Source: Escherichia phage LF82-4 | Sequence record: PV660448 | Reading direction: 5' to 3' (one strand) | Length of the DNA: 64,000 nt | Shown here: piece after piece, positions 1 to 9,744 of the stretch | Layout: every line of letters starts with the position of its first letter | How positions within the stretch are numbered: the stretch's first letter is position 1 | Position numbers and translations under genes: made by a program | The notes under the pieces: generated by a model | Told to the model about the DNA's origin: nothing | Database searches by the model: none | Seen by the model: only the letters and a program-made list of their open reading frames with translations

Positions 1-259
1 GGCCACGCACAAAATCAATCTTACAATCAGAACCGTTGACGAACATCATTTCGGCATTGATATCATTACATAATGCTTTTGCTACGGTTGTTTTACCTGT
101 ACCAGGAGAAGGAGAGTGCAAAATAATATGAGGAAGTTTTCCTTTAGATACTAAAGACTTGAATGTTTCATGGTCATACGCAGGCAGAATACATTCGTCA
201 ATGGAAGAAGGACGATATTTCTGTTCTAGAATGTGTTCTTTGGAATTGATAGTAATCAT
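1..259 (-). CDS. 44: clamp loader subunit gp44, N-terminal part (gene continues beyond window start)
   Basis: Minus-strand translation from ATG at 259-257 reads MITINSKEHILEQKYRPSSIDECILPAYDHETFKSL...SPGTGKTT (Walker A); lies directly downstream of gene 45 as in T4. Confidence 0.85.
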   Translation of the reverse strand, partial: MITINSKEHILEQKYRPSSIDECILPAYDHETFKSLVSKGKLPHIILHSPSPGTGKTTVAKALCNDINAEMMFVNGSDCKIDFVRG

Positions 260-334
260 GTAATTTTCCTCATTATCATTAAACTGGAGGATTTCTCCTC
301 CATAATCGTACTACATTAAACGTAAAGCTTTGAC

Positions 335-1021
335 TTAGAAGTCGTGAGTAGAATCGGCTTCCATTGCAATAACATAACTTACTTGAGAGCTTTCAAACTT
401 GGCTGCAACTTTATCACCAGCTCCCCACAACATTACTTTATAGTTACCTGGCTGGATTTTCATATTAGCCATATTGATTACGAAGTTAAAGTTGTTAGAA
501 CCATCATAATCGGTAAGAGTCAAAGAATACTTAGGACGAGTTAGACCAGAATCTTCAACTTTATTATAGCCATTGATAACAATTTTACCATCTTTATTTG
601 TAATAGCAATTGTATCAATCTGAAGACCACGTGAAACTCGAAGCAATTGTTGAAGGTCTTCAGCTTTAATTTCAGTAATCACAGAAGCCACTGGGAATTG
701 AATTGGCTTATTAGGAAAAACAATGGTGCTCTTGTCGGCAGCAGGCCAATAAACTGTGGAACGTGTGTCCGCAATTTTAATATTGCCATCAGTGTGCATT
801 GAAATTTCAGCATCGTCAGACACTAGACTCAAAATGCTTAAGAAGCTATTCAAATCATAAAGTGCTACGTCAAAATCAATTTCATCAGAGATATTTGCTT
901 CCGCATAAGTGGTGCCATTAACTGCACGAGTCATAATAAATTTACCTTGACTCAGCAGAATGCCGGAGTTAATAGAGGCAAAGTTTTTCAGAATAGCGAT
1001 AGTATCTTTAGACAGTTTCAT
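335..1021 (-). CDS. 45: sliding clamp gp45
   Basis: ORF track 335..1036; start moved to ATG 1021 (MKLSKDT...) preceded by AAGGAAA RBS; sequence and C-terminus ...EADSTHDF match T4 gp45 from memory, 228 aa. Confidence 0.9.
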   Translation of the reverse strand: MKLSKDTIAILKNFASINSGILLSQGKFIMTRAVNGTTYAEANISDEIDFDVALYDLNSFLSILSLVSDDAEISMHTDGNIKIADTRSTVYWPAADKSTIVFPNKPIQFPVASVITEIKAEDLQQLLRVSRGLQIDTIAITNKDGKIVINGYNKVEDSGLTRPKYSLTLTDYDGSNNFNFVINMANMKIQPGNYKVMLWGAGDKVAAKFESSQVSYVIAMEADSTHDF

Positions 1022-1063
1022 TTTATTTCCTTTCAAGACAATTCAAAGTTTATAACAAATTTA

Positions 1064-1480
1064 TTATGCAGCAACCATCTGCTTTTTAATAGCTTCAGGC
1101 AGTGATTCAATATATTCTGGAATTTTAGAAGCAACAATTTCGCCAGCTGCAATTAATTGTTCATCGGCATCAACGCAGTAGAAATCTTCCAGGCGCTCAG
1201 AACCATCTTTATCAAGAACGATTTTTCCACCTGCTTCAATAGAATCTTTAAAGTGCTTACGCATCAGATGAATCCACATATCAGATACATCGTTATCAAT
1301 AAAACCATAAATCATAAAACGAGTTTCTTGTGGCAAAGATTGAAGCTTTTTAGCACTTGCGTCATCACAATGCAGGACCCATGCTTTACGAACACGATTA
1401 TGGTTATGCGGGTTAGCGTCAGTACGGATAGAAGTAACTTTCAGATCAGCAGCAGTGAAACCTTTAGCAGTAGTAAACAT
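1064..1480 (-). CDS. rpbA: RNA polymerase binding protein RpbA-like
   Basis: 138 aa ORF at the position between genes 45 and 46 where T4 has rpbA; assignment by synteny and size. Confidence 0.55.
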   Translation of the reverse strand: MFTTAKGFTAADLKVTSIRTDANPHNHNRVRKAWVLHCDDASAKKLQSLPQETRFMIYGFIDNDVSDMWIHLMRKHFKDSIEAGGKIVLDKDGSERLEDFYCVDADEQLIAAGEIVASKIPEYIESLPEAIKKQMVAA

Positions 1481-1492
1481 ATTATTTCTCTC

Positions 1493-1681
1493 TTATTCGT
1501 AGAAGTCAGTAACTGTCCATGCGGAATTGCGATTAGACATTATTTTATTATACTCATCTTTAAAAGCAGATTTGAGCATTTGTTCAGTAACAATATGTTC
1601 TTCACCTGAAAACGTATTGGTCAAAACATATTTTTTAATTTCAGGGACAACAAGAAGATGTTGTCCGGTTGAATACTCCAT
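1493..1681 (-). CDS. hypothetical protein (T4 45.2 position)
   Basis: ORF track 1493..1693; downstream ATG 1681 preferred because GGAG lies 6 nt upstream. Confidence 0.45.
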   Translation of the reverse strand: MEYSTGQHLLVVPEIKKYVLTNTFSGEEHIVTEQMLKSAFKDEYNKIMSNRNSAWTVTDFYE

Positions 1682-1735
1682 GTTGTTCTCCATTTAATTT
1701 GATGTGGTCATTATAACCACATCGTGTTAAAGCGT

Positions 1736-3424
1736 TTATGAAACAGTCATTACAGTAAATCGTCCAACTTTACTCATCTGAAGATGTTGTCCATAACGTT
1801 GAGGGTCATGGTCTCGATGAGAGATAATGAACACGTTAGTATTTTGTAAACTTCCAAGAATGGTATCTATAGCCTTAACAGCTTCAGAATCTACAGCGCC
1901 GTCAAAAACCTCATCAAGAATCAACGTGTTGATTTTAACACCAGAAACTTTTTCAGCAATATCTCGCCATGTAAACAACAATGCGATATCGATACGTGCC
2001 TTTTCACCTTGACTAAATGAAGCATAACTAAAATCTTCACGACCACGTGATTTTATAGATTCATTGAATTCTTCGTCAATAGAAAACACATAATCAGCTT
2101 CCATGATTTTAAGGTAATGGTTAATCTGCTTGTTGAACAGAGGCACATATTTTTTAATGATAGCACCTTTAATACCAGAATCTTTTAACATATCTGTTAT
2201 AATACCACGATGGTATTTTTCAAGAACGTTATCCGATTTTGTTTTAATGATTTTATCAAGTTCTTTTTGAAGCAAAGCTATCTCATCGGCATGGTCGATA
2301 AATTCCGCCGAGGCTTGTTCTATTGCAGCTTTAACTTTCTTAGCTTTATCAATAGTGGCAATCATTGCTTGTTTCTTGGTACGAATATCAGATGCAAGGT
2401 CCTGTTTAGTCTTAACATTAGCTCTATATTCGTCCACTAGGACACTCAGATTATCTCTGTGACAGGTAAGTTGCTCGAATGAGTGATTACATTCATGAAG
2501 CTTATCGGTAATCTTAGAGACAATAGGATCACCCTGGTGCAACTGTGATGCACAAGTAGGACATGTGCCACCGTCATGATACATCTTAATAACTTTGTTG
2601 TATGAGTCGATTTTAGATTTAATCAAGAATGCTTCTTGTCCTATCTTGTTGAATGCCTCAGTAGGGTCTTCATCAAGAACGATATTAAGTAGTCGCTCAT
2701 TAGCTTCTTCGATTTCCGCTTTTAATGAACGAGCTTCTTTGGCTAGGTCGTCATACATATTCTGTAGACGCGCTACATTATCACCAGATAATTTCTTTTG
2801 ACGTTCGATATTCTCGTTATAAATCTTAATTTGTTGGATAACACCATCTTTCTTAGCATCGAGAACTTGTCCCTGGGAATTAAGTTCTCGAACTTGAGAC
2901 TTATTGATTTTATCCATTTCAGCGAGTGTGCCGACTTCTAAAAGGTCTTCGACAAGTTTTCTACGAGCAGGGGTGCTAAGAGCCATGAAAGGGGTATACC
3001 CTGCCGTCCCAAGCACAACGATCTGTTTAAAAGACGCGTATGACATTCCGATGCTACGTTCAAATTCTTCTTGGAAGTCACGACTGCTGGCAGATTCATC
3101 GAGACGAACACCGTCAACGGAGATTTCGAAAATATTGGGCTTTTGGCCTCGTTTAATGAAGTATTTTTTATCATCGAATTCCATCCAAAGCTCAACTAAG
3201 AGCTCTTTCTTGTTCGTGCTATTAATGATTTGTCCTTTCTTAACATCACGAAATGGTTTACCGAAAAGTCCGAAAGTAATGGCTTCTAACATCGTAGATT
3301 TACCACCGCCATTTTTACCAGTGATTAATGTCTTTTGGACTTTATCTAATTGGATATCAATAGGATTCCCACCTACCGACATGATGTTTTGATAACGAAC
3401 ACGATTTAATTTAAATGATTTCAT
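1736..3424 (-). CDS. 46: recombination endonuclease subunit gp46 (Rad50/SbcC-like ATPase)
   Basis: 562 aa; N-terminal Walker A GKNGGGKST; long coiled-coil middle; C-terminal LILDEVFDG Walker B; synteny with gene 47. Confidence 0.9.
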   Translation of the reverse strand: MKSFKLNRVRYQNIMSVGGNPIDIQLDKVQKTLITGKNGGGKSTMLEAITFGLFGKPFRDVKKGQIINSTNKKELLVELWMEFDDKKYFIKRGQKPNIFEISVDGVRLDESASSRDFQEEFERSIGMSYASFKQIVVLGTAGYTPFMALSTPARRKLVEDLLEVGTLAEMDKINKSQVRELNSQGQVLDAKKDGVIQQIKIYNENIERQKKLSGDNVARLQNMYDDLAKEARSLKAEIEEANERLLNIVLDEDPTEAFNKIGQEAFLIKSKIDSYNKVIKMYHDGGTCPTCASQLHQGDPIVSKITDKLHECNHSFEQLTCHRDNLSVLVDEYRANVKTKQDLASDIRTKKQAMIATIDKAKKVKAAIEQASAEFIDHADEIALLQKELDKIIKTKSDNVLEKYHRGIITDMLKDSGIKGAIIKKYVPLFNKQINHYLKIMEADYVFSIDEEFNESIKSRGREDFSYASFSQGEKARIDIALLFTWRDIAEKVSGVKINTLILDEVFDGAVDSEAVKAIDTILGSLQNTNVFIISHRDHDPQRYGQHLQMSKVGRFTVMTVS

Positions 3425-3669
3425 ATGTATTCTCTTCGAATGAAGTCCTCTACATATTTTAACATGTCATCCCTATCAGCAAAATATTCATCTAGTTCTG
3501 CATACATAACAACACCTGGTGCGTACTCACAGGTAACATACATTGTTCCAAAGAAACGAGGAGTTGATTCCTCGTAATTCTCAGTCCATTCAACGATACC
3601 AATATAACCGTCACCAATACTAAATTCGTGACGATGGATTTCATAGTCAGTCTTCGTCATTATACGCAT
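3421..3669 (-). CDS. hypothetical protein (T4 46.1 position)
   Basis: 82 aa ORF, stop overlaps gene 46 start. Confidence 0.45.
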   Translation of the reverse strand: MRIMTKTDYEIHRHEFSIGDGYIGIVEWTENYEESTPRFFGTMYVTCEYAPGVVMYAELDEYFADRDDMLKYVEDFIRREYI

Positions 3670-3904
3670 CCTCGATACATGCTTCAGCCATTTTAAGAAT
3701 AGAGCCAGGAGTATCGTTGTCCATTATATTAAAGCTAAATTCAATAGCCCAGTCGGTACAGACATGAACGGCTTTAACTTCATTGCCTTCAACACGTAAT
3801 GGCTCAATCCAATACTTGATAGTGTTCTCGAATCCATCATCATCTTTAACGTCTATTTCAACTTCAAGCCCGAGCCCAGCATTGTTAAATTCATCTAAAG
3901 TCAT
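3647..3904 (-). CDS. hypothetical protein (T4 46.2 position)
   Basis: 85 aa acidic ORF between genes 47 and 46. Confidence 0.45.
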   Translation of the reverse strand: MTLDEFNNAGLGLEVEIDVKDDDGFENTIKYWIEPLRVEGNEVKAVHVCTDWAIEFSFNIMDNDTPGSILKMAEACIEDAYNDED

Positions 3905-4920
3905 TGTGTTGCCTCAATATAAAGTTCGTTAGAATATTTGACCAGCGCTTCTCTGTCTTCGTCTGAGATATCTGGAATCGCGTCAATATATTCTTTAATG
4001 ATATCTTGAAGTGATTTAATCTCGATTTCCTGGTCGTCATCAGATTCAACACTGTTATCAACTTTAGAAACCATACGAAGAGAGTGAACTACTTTTTCAA
4101 GTTCAGATTCAAACTTAGTCAACTCTGAATCAATTTCTGATACTATAACACGTACGGCTAGATTAGTATAATCAGAATAATTAATTTTGCCTTTAAACGG
4201 ATAAGTGATTCGTCGATGCCATGTTGTTTCATTAGGAATAAATTCCATACGTTCAACATCAGTGTCAAATACCCAGAATCCACGTGGGTCGTTCTCGTCA
4301 CCTGCAGTAAGGGTCCATGGTGTCCCAATATATTTGACGTTAGCAGCTTCAGAGATTGTGTGGAAGTGGCCAGACCAGACTTGTTTATAGGTCTTTAAGA
4401 AATCAGGTTCAAGCCCATGAGACTTCATTCCTTTATAGAAATAAAAGCCGTTCAGTTCCCAATGACCAACACAATACGCAGCAGAAGAAGTCTTGATGTG
4501 CTCTAAGATTTCACCTGTATTTTCTTCACACATCCATGGAATTAAATCAATCAGACACCCATCGAAATCAACAGTCGTAGGTTTATCATAAATAACAACA
4601 TTTTTACGATGAGACAAAAGCTCTTGGGTTGTATTAGGGTATAAAGTTGTCTTATAAAAAAGGTCGTGGTTACCCAAAATAGTGTTAACGGTTATTCCAG
4701 CGTTTTCAGCCATATCAAATAATTCACGAGTAAACTCCATACAACGTTGTGTTGTGTGAGCTCGTACATCAAATACGTCCCCGTACTGTATCCATGTTGT
4801 TATTCCATTTTTAACAGAATAATCCACCATTTGTTTGAATCCATGACGTTGGATGTTTTGAATCCACTCATCATCCTTTTTTACACCTAAGTGCAAATCG
4901 CCTACGTTAAGAATTTTCAT
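3901..4920 (-). CDS. 47: recombination endonuclease subunit gp47 (Mre11/SbcD-like phosphoesterase)
   Basis: Start at MKILNVGDLHLG (calcineurin-like phosphoesterase motifs GDLH, GNHD); 339 aa, same length as T4 gp47 from memory. Confidence 0.9.
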   Translation of the reverse strand: MKILNVGDLHLGVKKDDEWIQNIQRHGFKQMVDYSVKNGITTWIQYGDVFDVRAHTTQRCMEFTRELFDMAENAGITVNTILGNHDLFYKTTLYPNTTQELLSHRKNVVIYDKPTTVDFDGCLIDLIPWMCEENTGEILEHIKTSSAAYCVGHWELNGFYFYKGMKSHGLEPDFLKTYKQVWSGHFHTISEAANVKYIGTPWTLTAGDENDPRGFWVFDTDVERMEFIPNETTWHRRITYPFKGKINYSDYTNLAVRVIVSEIDSELTKFESELEKVVHSLRMVSKVDNSVESDDDQEIEIKSLQDIIKEYIDAIPDISDEDREALVKYSNELYIEATQ

Positions 4921-5722
4921 ATTGCACCTTAAATTTACCATAAATTATACTGTGATAACTTAAATCAGGAAAACCTTCTGCGACGGCTAAAGGTCTAAAC
5001 TTCTTAGGACTTATTCTACCACATTTTACCCAAAGAGCATATAGTGCTTCATAATATTCAAATAATGGTCCTTTACGAGCTTCAGAAACAGCTTTACGCA
5101 CTTTGTCCTTTATTGACGGGTCTAAATTTCTAAGGGTTTCACTAATTTTGTTTCGATGGGTTTCATTAATAAGATTTCCTTTAAGCCAGCCTTCGGGTTC
5201 AGTCCCTGGGACAAACATTTTCTTTTCTTTGCCATTATTATACCATTTGCGGCCTTTATTGTGACTAGAGGCTTTATATTCAGGAGAACGACCTTTTACA
5301 TTACCTTCAGGTATATAAGGTAGAAAACTTTGTTCTAACGTTTCAGGGTTGTATGAGTGTATATGGCCTTTACCATTATGTGAGCCGTACAATGGGTGCT
5401 CTTCTTTTGGAAGTGATAATCCGAAAAATCCTTTAGGAGCAGCAATTGCTTTATTCATATACATCGGGTTATTGGCAGCATCCACCTTTAGTTGGAGTAA
5501 ACGTTCAGCTTTTGTCGCTTCTTCTCTCGTGGCGTGTTCACTTACAATACATGAATCAAAAAGGTGTGGATTCATTTTTAGTTCAGAATTGTAAATTTCC
5601 TTATATGCTTTTGATAAAACCGTTCCGTGATATCCAGCTTTATGCTTTGCAATACTTGTAGAACCTATATAAAACGGTGGAAGTTTGTCACCATCATAAA
5701 TCGTAAAATATACTATGTACAT
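4907..5722 (-). CDS. putative GIY-YIG family endonuclease (Seg-like homing endonuclease)
   Basis: N-terminus MYIVYFTIYDG...PFYIGSTS resembles the GIY...YIG motif; downstream basic repeats (THRNKISETLRNL) resemble NUMOD-type DNA-binding modules; GGAG RBS before ATG 5722; overlaps gene 47 start by 14 nt. Confidence 0.5.
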   Translation of the reverse strand: MYIVYFTIYDGDKLPPFYIGSTSIAKHKAGYHGTVLSKAYKEIYNSELKMNPHLFDSCIVSEHATREEATKAERLLQLKVDAANNPMYMNKAIAAPKGFFGLSLPKEEHPLYGSHNGKGHIHSYNPETLEQSFLPYIPEGNVKGRSPEYKASSHNKGRKWYNNGKEKKMFVPGTEPEGWLKGNLINETHRNKISETLRNLDPSIKDKVRKAVSEARKGPLFEYYEALYALWVKCGRISPKKFRPLAVAEGFPDLSYHSIIYGKFKVQYENS

Positions 5723-5748
5723 GTTATTCTCCATTTTGTATAGAAATT

Positions 5749-5778
5749 ACTATATCATAGTTTATACTGTTTGTAAAC
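5749..5778 (-). promoter_or_regulatory. early sigma70-type promoter (GTTTACA -17- TATAGT)
   Basis: Minus strand GTTTACA at 5778-5772 and TATAGT at 5754-5749 with 17-nt spacer, upstream of GIY-YIG ORF. Confidence 0.5.
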
Positions 5779-5780
5779 CC

Positions 5781-5811
5781 TAGAAACGGAAAAGGAACTC
5801 CGAAGAGTTCC
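5781..5811 (-). terminator. intrinsic terminator-like hairpin
   Basis: GGAACTC-CGAA-GAGTTCC stem-loop followed on minus strand by U-rich tract. Confidence 0.45.
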
Positions 5812-6023
5812 TATCCACATAGTACACCGTACAGAGGCTCATTTGAACTTTTAAATCGAATGGGCTTGTACGTAATAGTTCCTTCGGCTTTAGCTTTATC
5901 ATAAGACTCTTTAAAACGTCTCATTCTTTCTGCTTTGCCTTTACGGATTTTATCGAAATTTTCAGAAGTCGGGATGTTCGTCATGCATAAGCACCTCTCA
6001 GAAAATGCCTAAATCGATTTCTC

Positions 6024-6245
6024 TCATCGTTTCCACCATTTCTTAACTTGAAATGAATCGACCCACACGAGTTGTTTTGGGTCTGCCTTTACAATAGGCG
6101 GACAAATTTCTGTAATAGAACCGTCGTGATATTCCTTTTCGGAAATTTTAACACAAAGAGGACCTCCCAATTTAAGGGAGAACCCTGCGTTCAGCTTCAG
6201 ACGTTTAAACTTTGTTTGAACTAGCGCCATTAATGATGTCCTCAA
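6024..6245 (-). CDS. hypothetical protein
   Basis: 73 aa ORF from track; overlaps next ORF, start uncertain. Confidence 0.3.
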   Translation of the reverse strand: MRTSLMALVQTKFKRLKLNAGFSLKLGGPLCVKISEKEYHDGSITEICPPIVKADPKQLVWVDSFQVKKWWKR

Positions 6246-6528
6246 TAGCCTGACGAGTAGTAATCCACTGGATTTTAATTAACTTGTCATTGTATGGTTG
6301 TCGTAGAATATCCCGAGATTTCTTAATAGCATATTCGTAAGCTTCGAAGTTGTTTTGAATTGCTGCTTCTTGAGCATGTGCATAAAGACGGTTTAGTTCA
6401 AAACGATTCTTTTTAAGAATCTTTTCGGATTTTTTACGTGCTTCAGCTTCATTTTTCTTTTGGATTTCTTGTAGCATTTTAGCTACTGCATCTTCTGCTT
6501 CTTTATTTTCAATAATCTCGGTAGTCAT
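6205..6528 (-). CDS. hypothetical protein
   Basis: 107 aa ORF, charged helical composition. Confidence 0.45.
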   Translation of the reverse strand: MTTEIIENKEAEDAVAKMLQEIQKKNEAEARKKSEKILKKNRFELNRLYAHAQEAAIQNNFEAYEYAIKKSRDILRQPYNDKLIKIQWITTRQAIEDIINGASSNKV

Positions 6529-6529
6529 A

Positions 6530-6745
6530 TTATCTCATTAAATTAAAATAAAAACGTCCATCCTCTTCAATACAGAACTCGTACTCAACTGGAGTCCCAT
6601 TTATTGAAAATGACACGTCATGTGGGTTCAAAGGGTCGATGTCAAAATTAATTTTAAATTCACGACCCAACAGTTTTACCAAATAAGGGATTGCTTCGTC
6701 AAAAGGTTCTTCTAAGTAGTTAGAGATGTCAATTGTCATCCTCAT
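6530..6745 (-). CDS. hypothetical protein
   Basis: ORF track 6530..6823 overlaps gene 55 end; truncated to internal ATG 6745 ([10 protein letters not shown]...). Confidence 0.35.
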   Translation of the reverse strand: MRMTIDISNYLEEPFDEAIPYLVKLLGREFKINFDIDPLNPHDVSFSINGTPVEYEFCIEEDGRFYFNLMR

Positions 6746-7286
6746 ATAAAAAATCCAAACTAGGCGAATCGCTAACAACTTCCTTCTTTTCAGCCCCAGG
6801 AGCTTTATAAGCGGATTCTTCATAATGCGTCATTTTATCGTAGATGTCTTGAATAAACGTTTCATCTACCAACGCTACCATATCATCGTCATGACTGTCG
6901 TAGACATTATGAACGAAGTAACTATATTTCTTTGCAACTTCCTTACGTTCTTTTTTGATACGTTGGACAAAAGCATTAAAACAAGCTCGAGTTATGTATG
7001 CATGTGGGTTATTGTACTTAGTTTCGTCGAAATTATGAAGTCCCTTAATAGAGGCTTCAATCCCATCTGCAATCATCTCCTGCTTCCAAGACTGGGTATA
7101 TCCTGAAAAGTTGAAACGTTTGGACAGGCCTTCGGCGATAAGCATAATTGCTAAACCGATGGTATCATTCTGACGAATAATTTTGTTTGGGTCTTTATTA
7201 TTTAAGAGCTCCTTTTTCCACTCGATTATAGCGGCGAGAAGCTCTTTATTATTCACATAGTTATTTTTAGGTTTTTGTTCAGTCAT
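6729..7286 (-). CDS. 55: late-transcription sigma factor gp55
   Basis: Start at [17 protein letters not shown] with AAGAGGT RBS; 185 aa; sequence matches T4 gp55 from memory. Confidence 0.9.
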   Translation of the reverse strand: MTEQKPKNNYVNNKELLAAIIEWKKELLNNKDPNKIIRQNDTIGLAIMLIAEGLSKRFNFSGYTQSWKQEMIADGIEASIKGLHNFDETKYNNPHAYITRACFNAFVQRIKKERKEVAKKYSYFVHNVYDSHDDDMVALVDETFIQDIYDKMTHYEESAYKAPGAEKKEVVSDSPSLDFLYEDDN

Positions 7287-7358
7287 AAGTACCTCTTGGC
7301 TCAATTCATAGGTCTATTATATCATAATATTTAGAGACCTATCTTAAAGCACGAGATA

Positions 7359-7628
7359 CTATCGGAGCAAACAATAAGCCTGGAATACTTTTTCCATTAA
7401 ACGTTTGAACTCATGGATATCGATATAAAGCTCGGTTAATCCAGCTCCATAAAGAAAATCTAAAAAGTTCTCATGTGTTTCGTTATAGTCGCCTTCGTTT
7501 AATTGAGATACATGAGTTTCCCAAAAACCGACACCTTTAACAAATGGAAAATACGTAACTTTCATAAAGTTGTCGACGTAAAATTCGCCCAGCTTTTCTT
7601 CAGTTATACTGATTCGAGTTAATTTCAT
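7359..7628 (-). CDS. hypothetical protein
   Basis: 89 aa ORF, compact operon spacing. Confidence 0.45.
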   Translation of the reverse strand: MKLTRISITEEKLGEFYVDNFMKVTYFPFVKGVGFWETHVSQLNEGDYNETHENFLDFLYGAGLTELYIDIHEFKRLMEKVFQAYCLLR

Positions 7629-7852
7629 TCTAGTTCCTTTGCTGCAAATAAGGCAGCATCCAATGAATCAAATTGGTCAACGAAATCAATATTCAACGCA
7701 TCGTCAACCGTAGCATATAACCACCATTGTTTGAATTCGTATTCTAGAATAAATCCAGGACCTTCAATCTGAGGAAGACCTAGGCTATTTGTACCAACTT
7801 CGTAACCAGCTAGACGCAGGTCATTAATCAAAGTTTCTGTTAATACGCTCAT
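7625..7852 (-). CDS. hypothetical protein
   Basis: 75 aa acidic ORF, stop/start overlap with neighbours. Confidence 0.45.
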   Translation of the reverse strand: MSVLTETLINDLRLAGYEVGTNSLGLPQIEGPGFILEYEFKQWWLYATVDDALNIDFVDQFDSLDAALFAAKELE

Positions 7853-8181
7853 TTTGCCGCCTTAACAATTTTCAGGTCAACGAATTTTTTCTTACGTTGA
7901 TTTTTCATACGACGGATAGTCTTTTCAGAGATTTCATGTTTCTGATAAGCTTTAGATTCAACACCAAATGCAGCAACGTCAAATTCAGAAAGAATATATT
8001 GTACTAGAATTTCACGAATAGAATTACGTCCAATTTTCTGGTCGTGTTTTTGCATGATTTCATAAAGACGGAATTCCCACGCGTCAAGAACTTGAGGAGT
8101 AACAATACCACCTTTTTCTAGAAGACTAACAACTTTATCGAAAGCGAAAGAGTTCACTACGTTTTTGATTTTAGTAGACAT
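7849..8181 (-). CDS. hypothetical protein
   Basis: ORF track 7849..8220; start moved to ATG 8181 (MSTKIKN) because the upstream ATG lies inside the promoter -10 region; GAGGAAA RBS. Confidence 0.5.
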   Translation of the reverse strand: MSTKIKNVVNSFAFDKVVSLLEKGGIVTPQVLDAWEFRLYEIMQKHDQKIGRNSIREILVQYILSEFDVAAFGVESKAYQKHEISEKTIRRMKNQRKKKFVDLKIVKAAK

Positions 8182-8199
8182 ATTATTTTCCTCTGTTAT

Positions 8200-8244
8200 T
8201 TTATTATCCAACGAGAGCATTATACTCTGCTCTCAAGAGTTTGT
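8200..8244. repeat. 45-nt exact repeat, copy 1 (promoter cassette)
   Basis: TTTATTATCCAACGAGAGCATTATACTCTGCTCTCAAGAGTTTGT identical at 8200..8244 and 38143..38187. Confidence 0.9.
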
Positions 8245-8247
8245 GCG
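8219..8247 (-). promoter_or_regulatory. early-type promoter inside duplicated 45-nt cassette (copy 1)
   Basis: Minus strand TATAAT at 8224-8219; weak -35; -10 sits in loop of GAGAGCA/TGCTCTC stem. Confidence 0.4.
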
Positions 8248-8487
8248 TTATTTCGTGATAAGATAATGTAAATAGTTTGCTTGACGAACACTGATATCAA
8301 CACCCATATCAAAGATACCTTTATAGAACGGGTATTTGTTTTCAGTAGAATCTAGACTAAAAGCCTTTCCGCCACAACTAACGGTAATAGCATCAGTTAA
8401 AGTGTCATATACAAACTTAATAGTTGAGCCGTTCACTACAACTTCAAGACGTTTTTTCGATGTAATAATGTCTAATTCTTGTTCCAT
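8248..8487 (-). CDS. hypothetical protein
   Basis: 79 aa ORF. Confidence 0.45.
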   Translation of the reverse strand: MEQELDIITSKKRLEVVVNGSTIKFVYDTLTDAITVSCGGKAFSLDSTENKYPFYKGIFDMGVDISVRQANYLHYLITK

Positions 8488-8542
8488 GATATTCTCCTCA
8501 AATTGGTAGGAAGAAGTGTTATCTTCCTACCATCATAAACTA

Positions 8543-8755
8543 TTAACCGAACTTTTTAGCGCCTTTCCAGCCTTCGTACATAATTGCGCAAGTCAATAGC
8601 ACAGCATGTTGGCATTCTTTGTATTTGTAAATCCAGAACCAGCGTAAAAAGTCTTCATCCTCAACACCGTTGAGTTTCATATTGGCAAAGAATTCGGCAC
8701 GTTCTTCACGAAGCTTTTGCGATAACATAGATTCAGGATTCATTTTGTATTCCAC
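8543..8755 (-). CDS. hypothetical protein
   Basis: 70 aa ORF; start may be internal (MNPESML). Confidence 0.4.
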   Translation of the reverse strand: MEYKMNPESMLSQKLREERAEFFANMKLNGVEDEDFLRWFWIYKYKECQHAVLLTCAIMYEGWKGAKKFG

Positions 8756-8881
8756 GCCCCATTTTCATCGATGAACTTAATCCAGTCATTTACAGACCAT
8801 TTAGTTGTATCACCCTTTGGATTAACATTTAAAGTATATAATCCTTGCTTAAAAAGCATTCGTTTGATATTCATAATTTCC

Positions 8882-9173
8882 TCAACTGTAACGATAACAT
8901 TCGTTAGCTTTACGTTTGGCTTCAGTATGAGAAGTATTATAATCATACTCTTCTTTACTGTAAACATCTTTTTTCAACTTACGAACTTCTTTGCGGAGTT
9001 GTCGATTCATTTCATTCTTGACTTCAGAATCAACACCTTTCATACGTTTCCATTTATCTGAGCGGAAGATGTTTTCAACCATGTCTTTGTGGCTAACACC
9101 GTCAGGAGCTTTACGCTTACCAAAATAGTCGTAATCGCGAACTTTCAAATCTTTACGACGATATGTTTTACCC
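8882..9173 (-). CDS. hypothetical basic protein
   Basis: ORF track 8882..9202; ATG 9173 preferred (GAGGT RBS); lysine/arginine rich. Confidence 0.45.
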
Positions 9174-9182
9174 ATAAGTACC

Positions 9183-9431
9183 TCAGAGGTTGATTGATAC
9201 AATGCGTTTGATAAAATTCACTTCACTTACTGAAAGGTCTTTAAGTCCGATTGATTCTAAACGCTGAGTAAGCGTCAACATCGGGATATAGTCCCAATGA
9301 GTTTTATTTGCTTGATAAGTACGGACGCCATTAGCAATTTCAACATGTAAATCGGAAATGGTAATGAATACCGGATGCTCGTCATTAACTTTAAGGGTTA
9401 GAACAACCTTCTTTGAATCTAAACTAATCAT
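9183..9431 (-). CDS. hypothetical protein
   Basis: 82 aa ORF. Confidence 0.45.
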   Translation of the reverse strand: MISLDSKKVVLTLKVNDEHPVFITISDLHVEIANGVRTYQANKTHWDYIPMLTLTQRLESIGLKDLSVSEVNFIKRIVSINL

Positions 9432-9610
9432 GGCTTAATTTCCTTCGCAATTGAACAGAAGATACTACGGTCACAAAGCATTTCACCAATTTCTGGGTAT
9501 TTGATTGAACGGTACCAAACATCCAGGCTTGAAACTCTGGTTATCTGTACTGCATTACCGTTGACAGAATAGTACTGGTCAACCTTAATTTCTTTATCTT
9601 CAATTGTCAT
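9428..9610 (-). CDS. hypothetical protein
   Basis: ORF track 9428..9730; ATG 9610 preferred (GAGGAAAACAAA ATG). Confidence 0.4.
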   Translation of the reverse strand: MTIEDKEIKVDQYYSVNGNAVQITRVSSLDVWYRSIKYPEIGEMLCDRSIFCSIAKEIKP

Positions 9611-9744
9611 TTTGTTTTCCTCTATAGCAGATGGTTTAATCTTAACATATCTATCGAGGATGTAAACTGTTTTATGAAAATATTTTTGATTTGAGAGGGG
9701 CACAAGGAGATAGTGAAGTGAAGATTCCAATGGATTATATTAGA

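Noticed and set aside
335-1036. Upstream ATG/GTG-extended starts given in the ORF track for genes 45, 47, denV, e, nrdC, regB and others
   Set aside because: In each case the extension begins inside the ribosome-binding site (pattern ATG-GAG-AAT-AAC-ATG), and the downstream ATG matches the T4 protein N-terminus.
1157-1609. 150-aa plus-strand ORF
   Set aside because: Lies antisense to rpbA and the 45.2-position ORF in a region where every supported gene is on the minus strand; low-complexity composition; no RBS.
2904-3392. 162-aa plus-strand ORF inside gene 46
   Set aside because: Antisense to the well-supported gp46 ORF; serine/leucine-rich composition typical of a spurious antisense frame.
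4907-5734. Possibility that the ORF after gene 47 is alpha-glucosyltransferase
   Set aside because: Too short (about 271 aa versus about 400) and has a GIY-YIG-like N-terminus rather than a glycosyltransferase fold signature.
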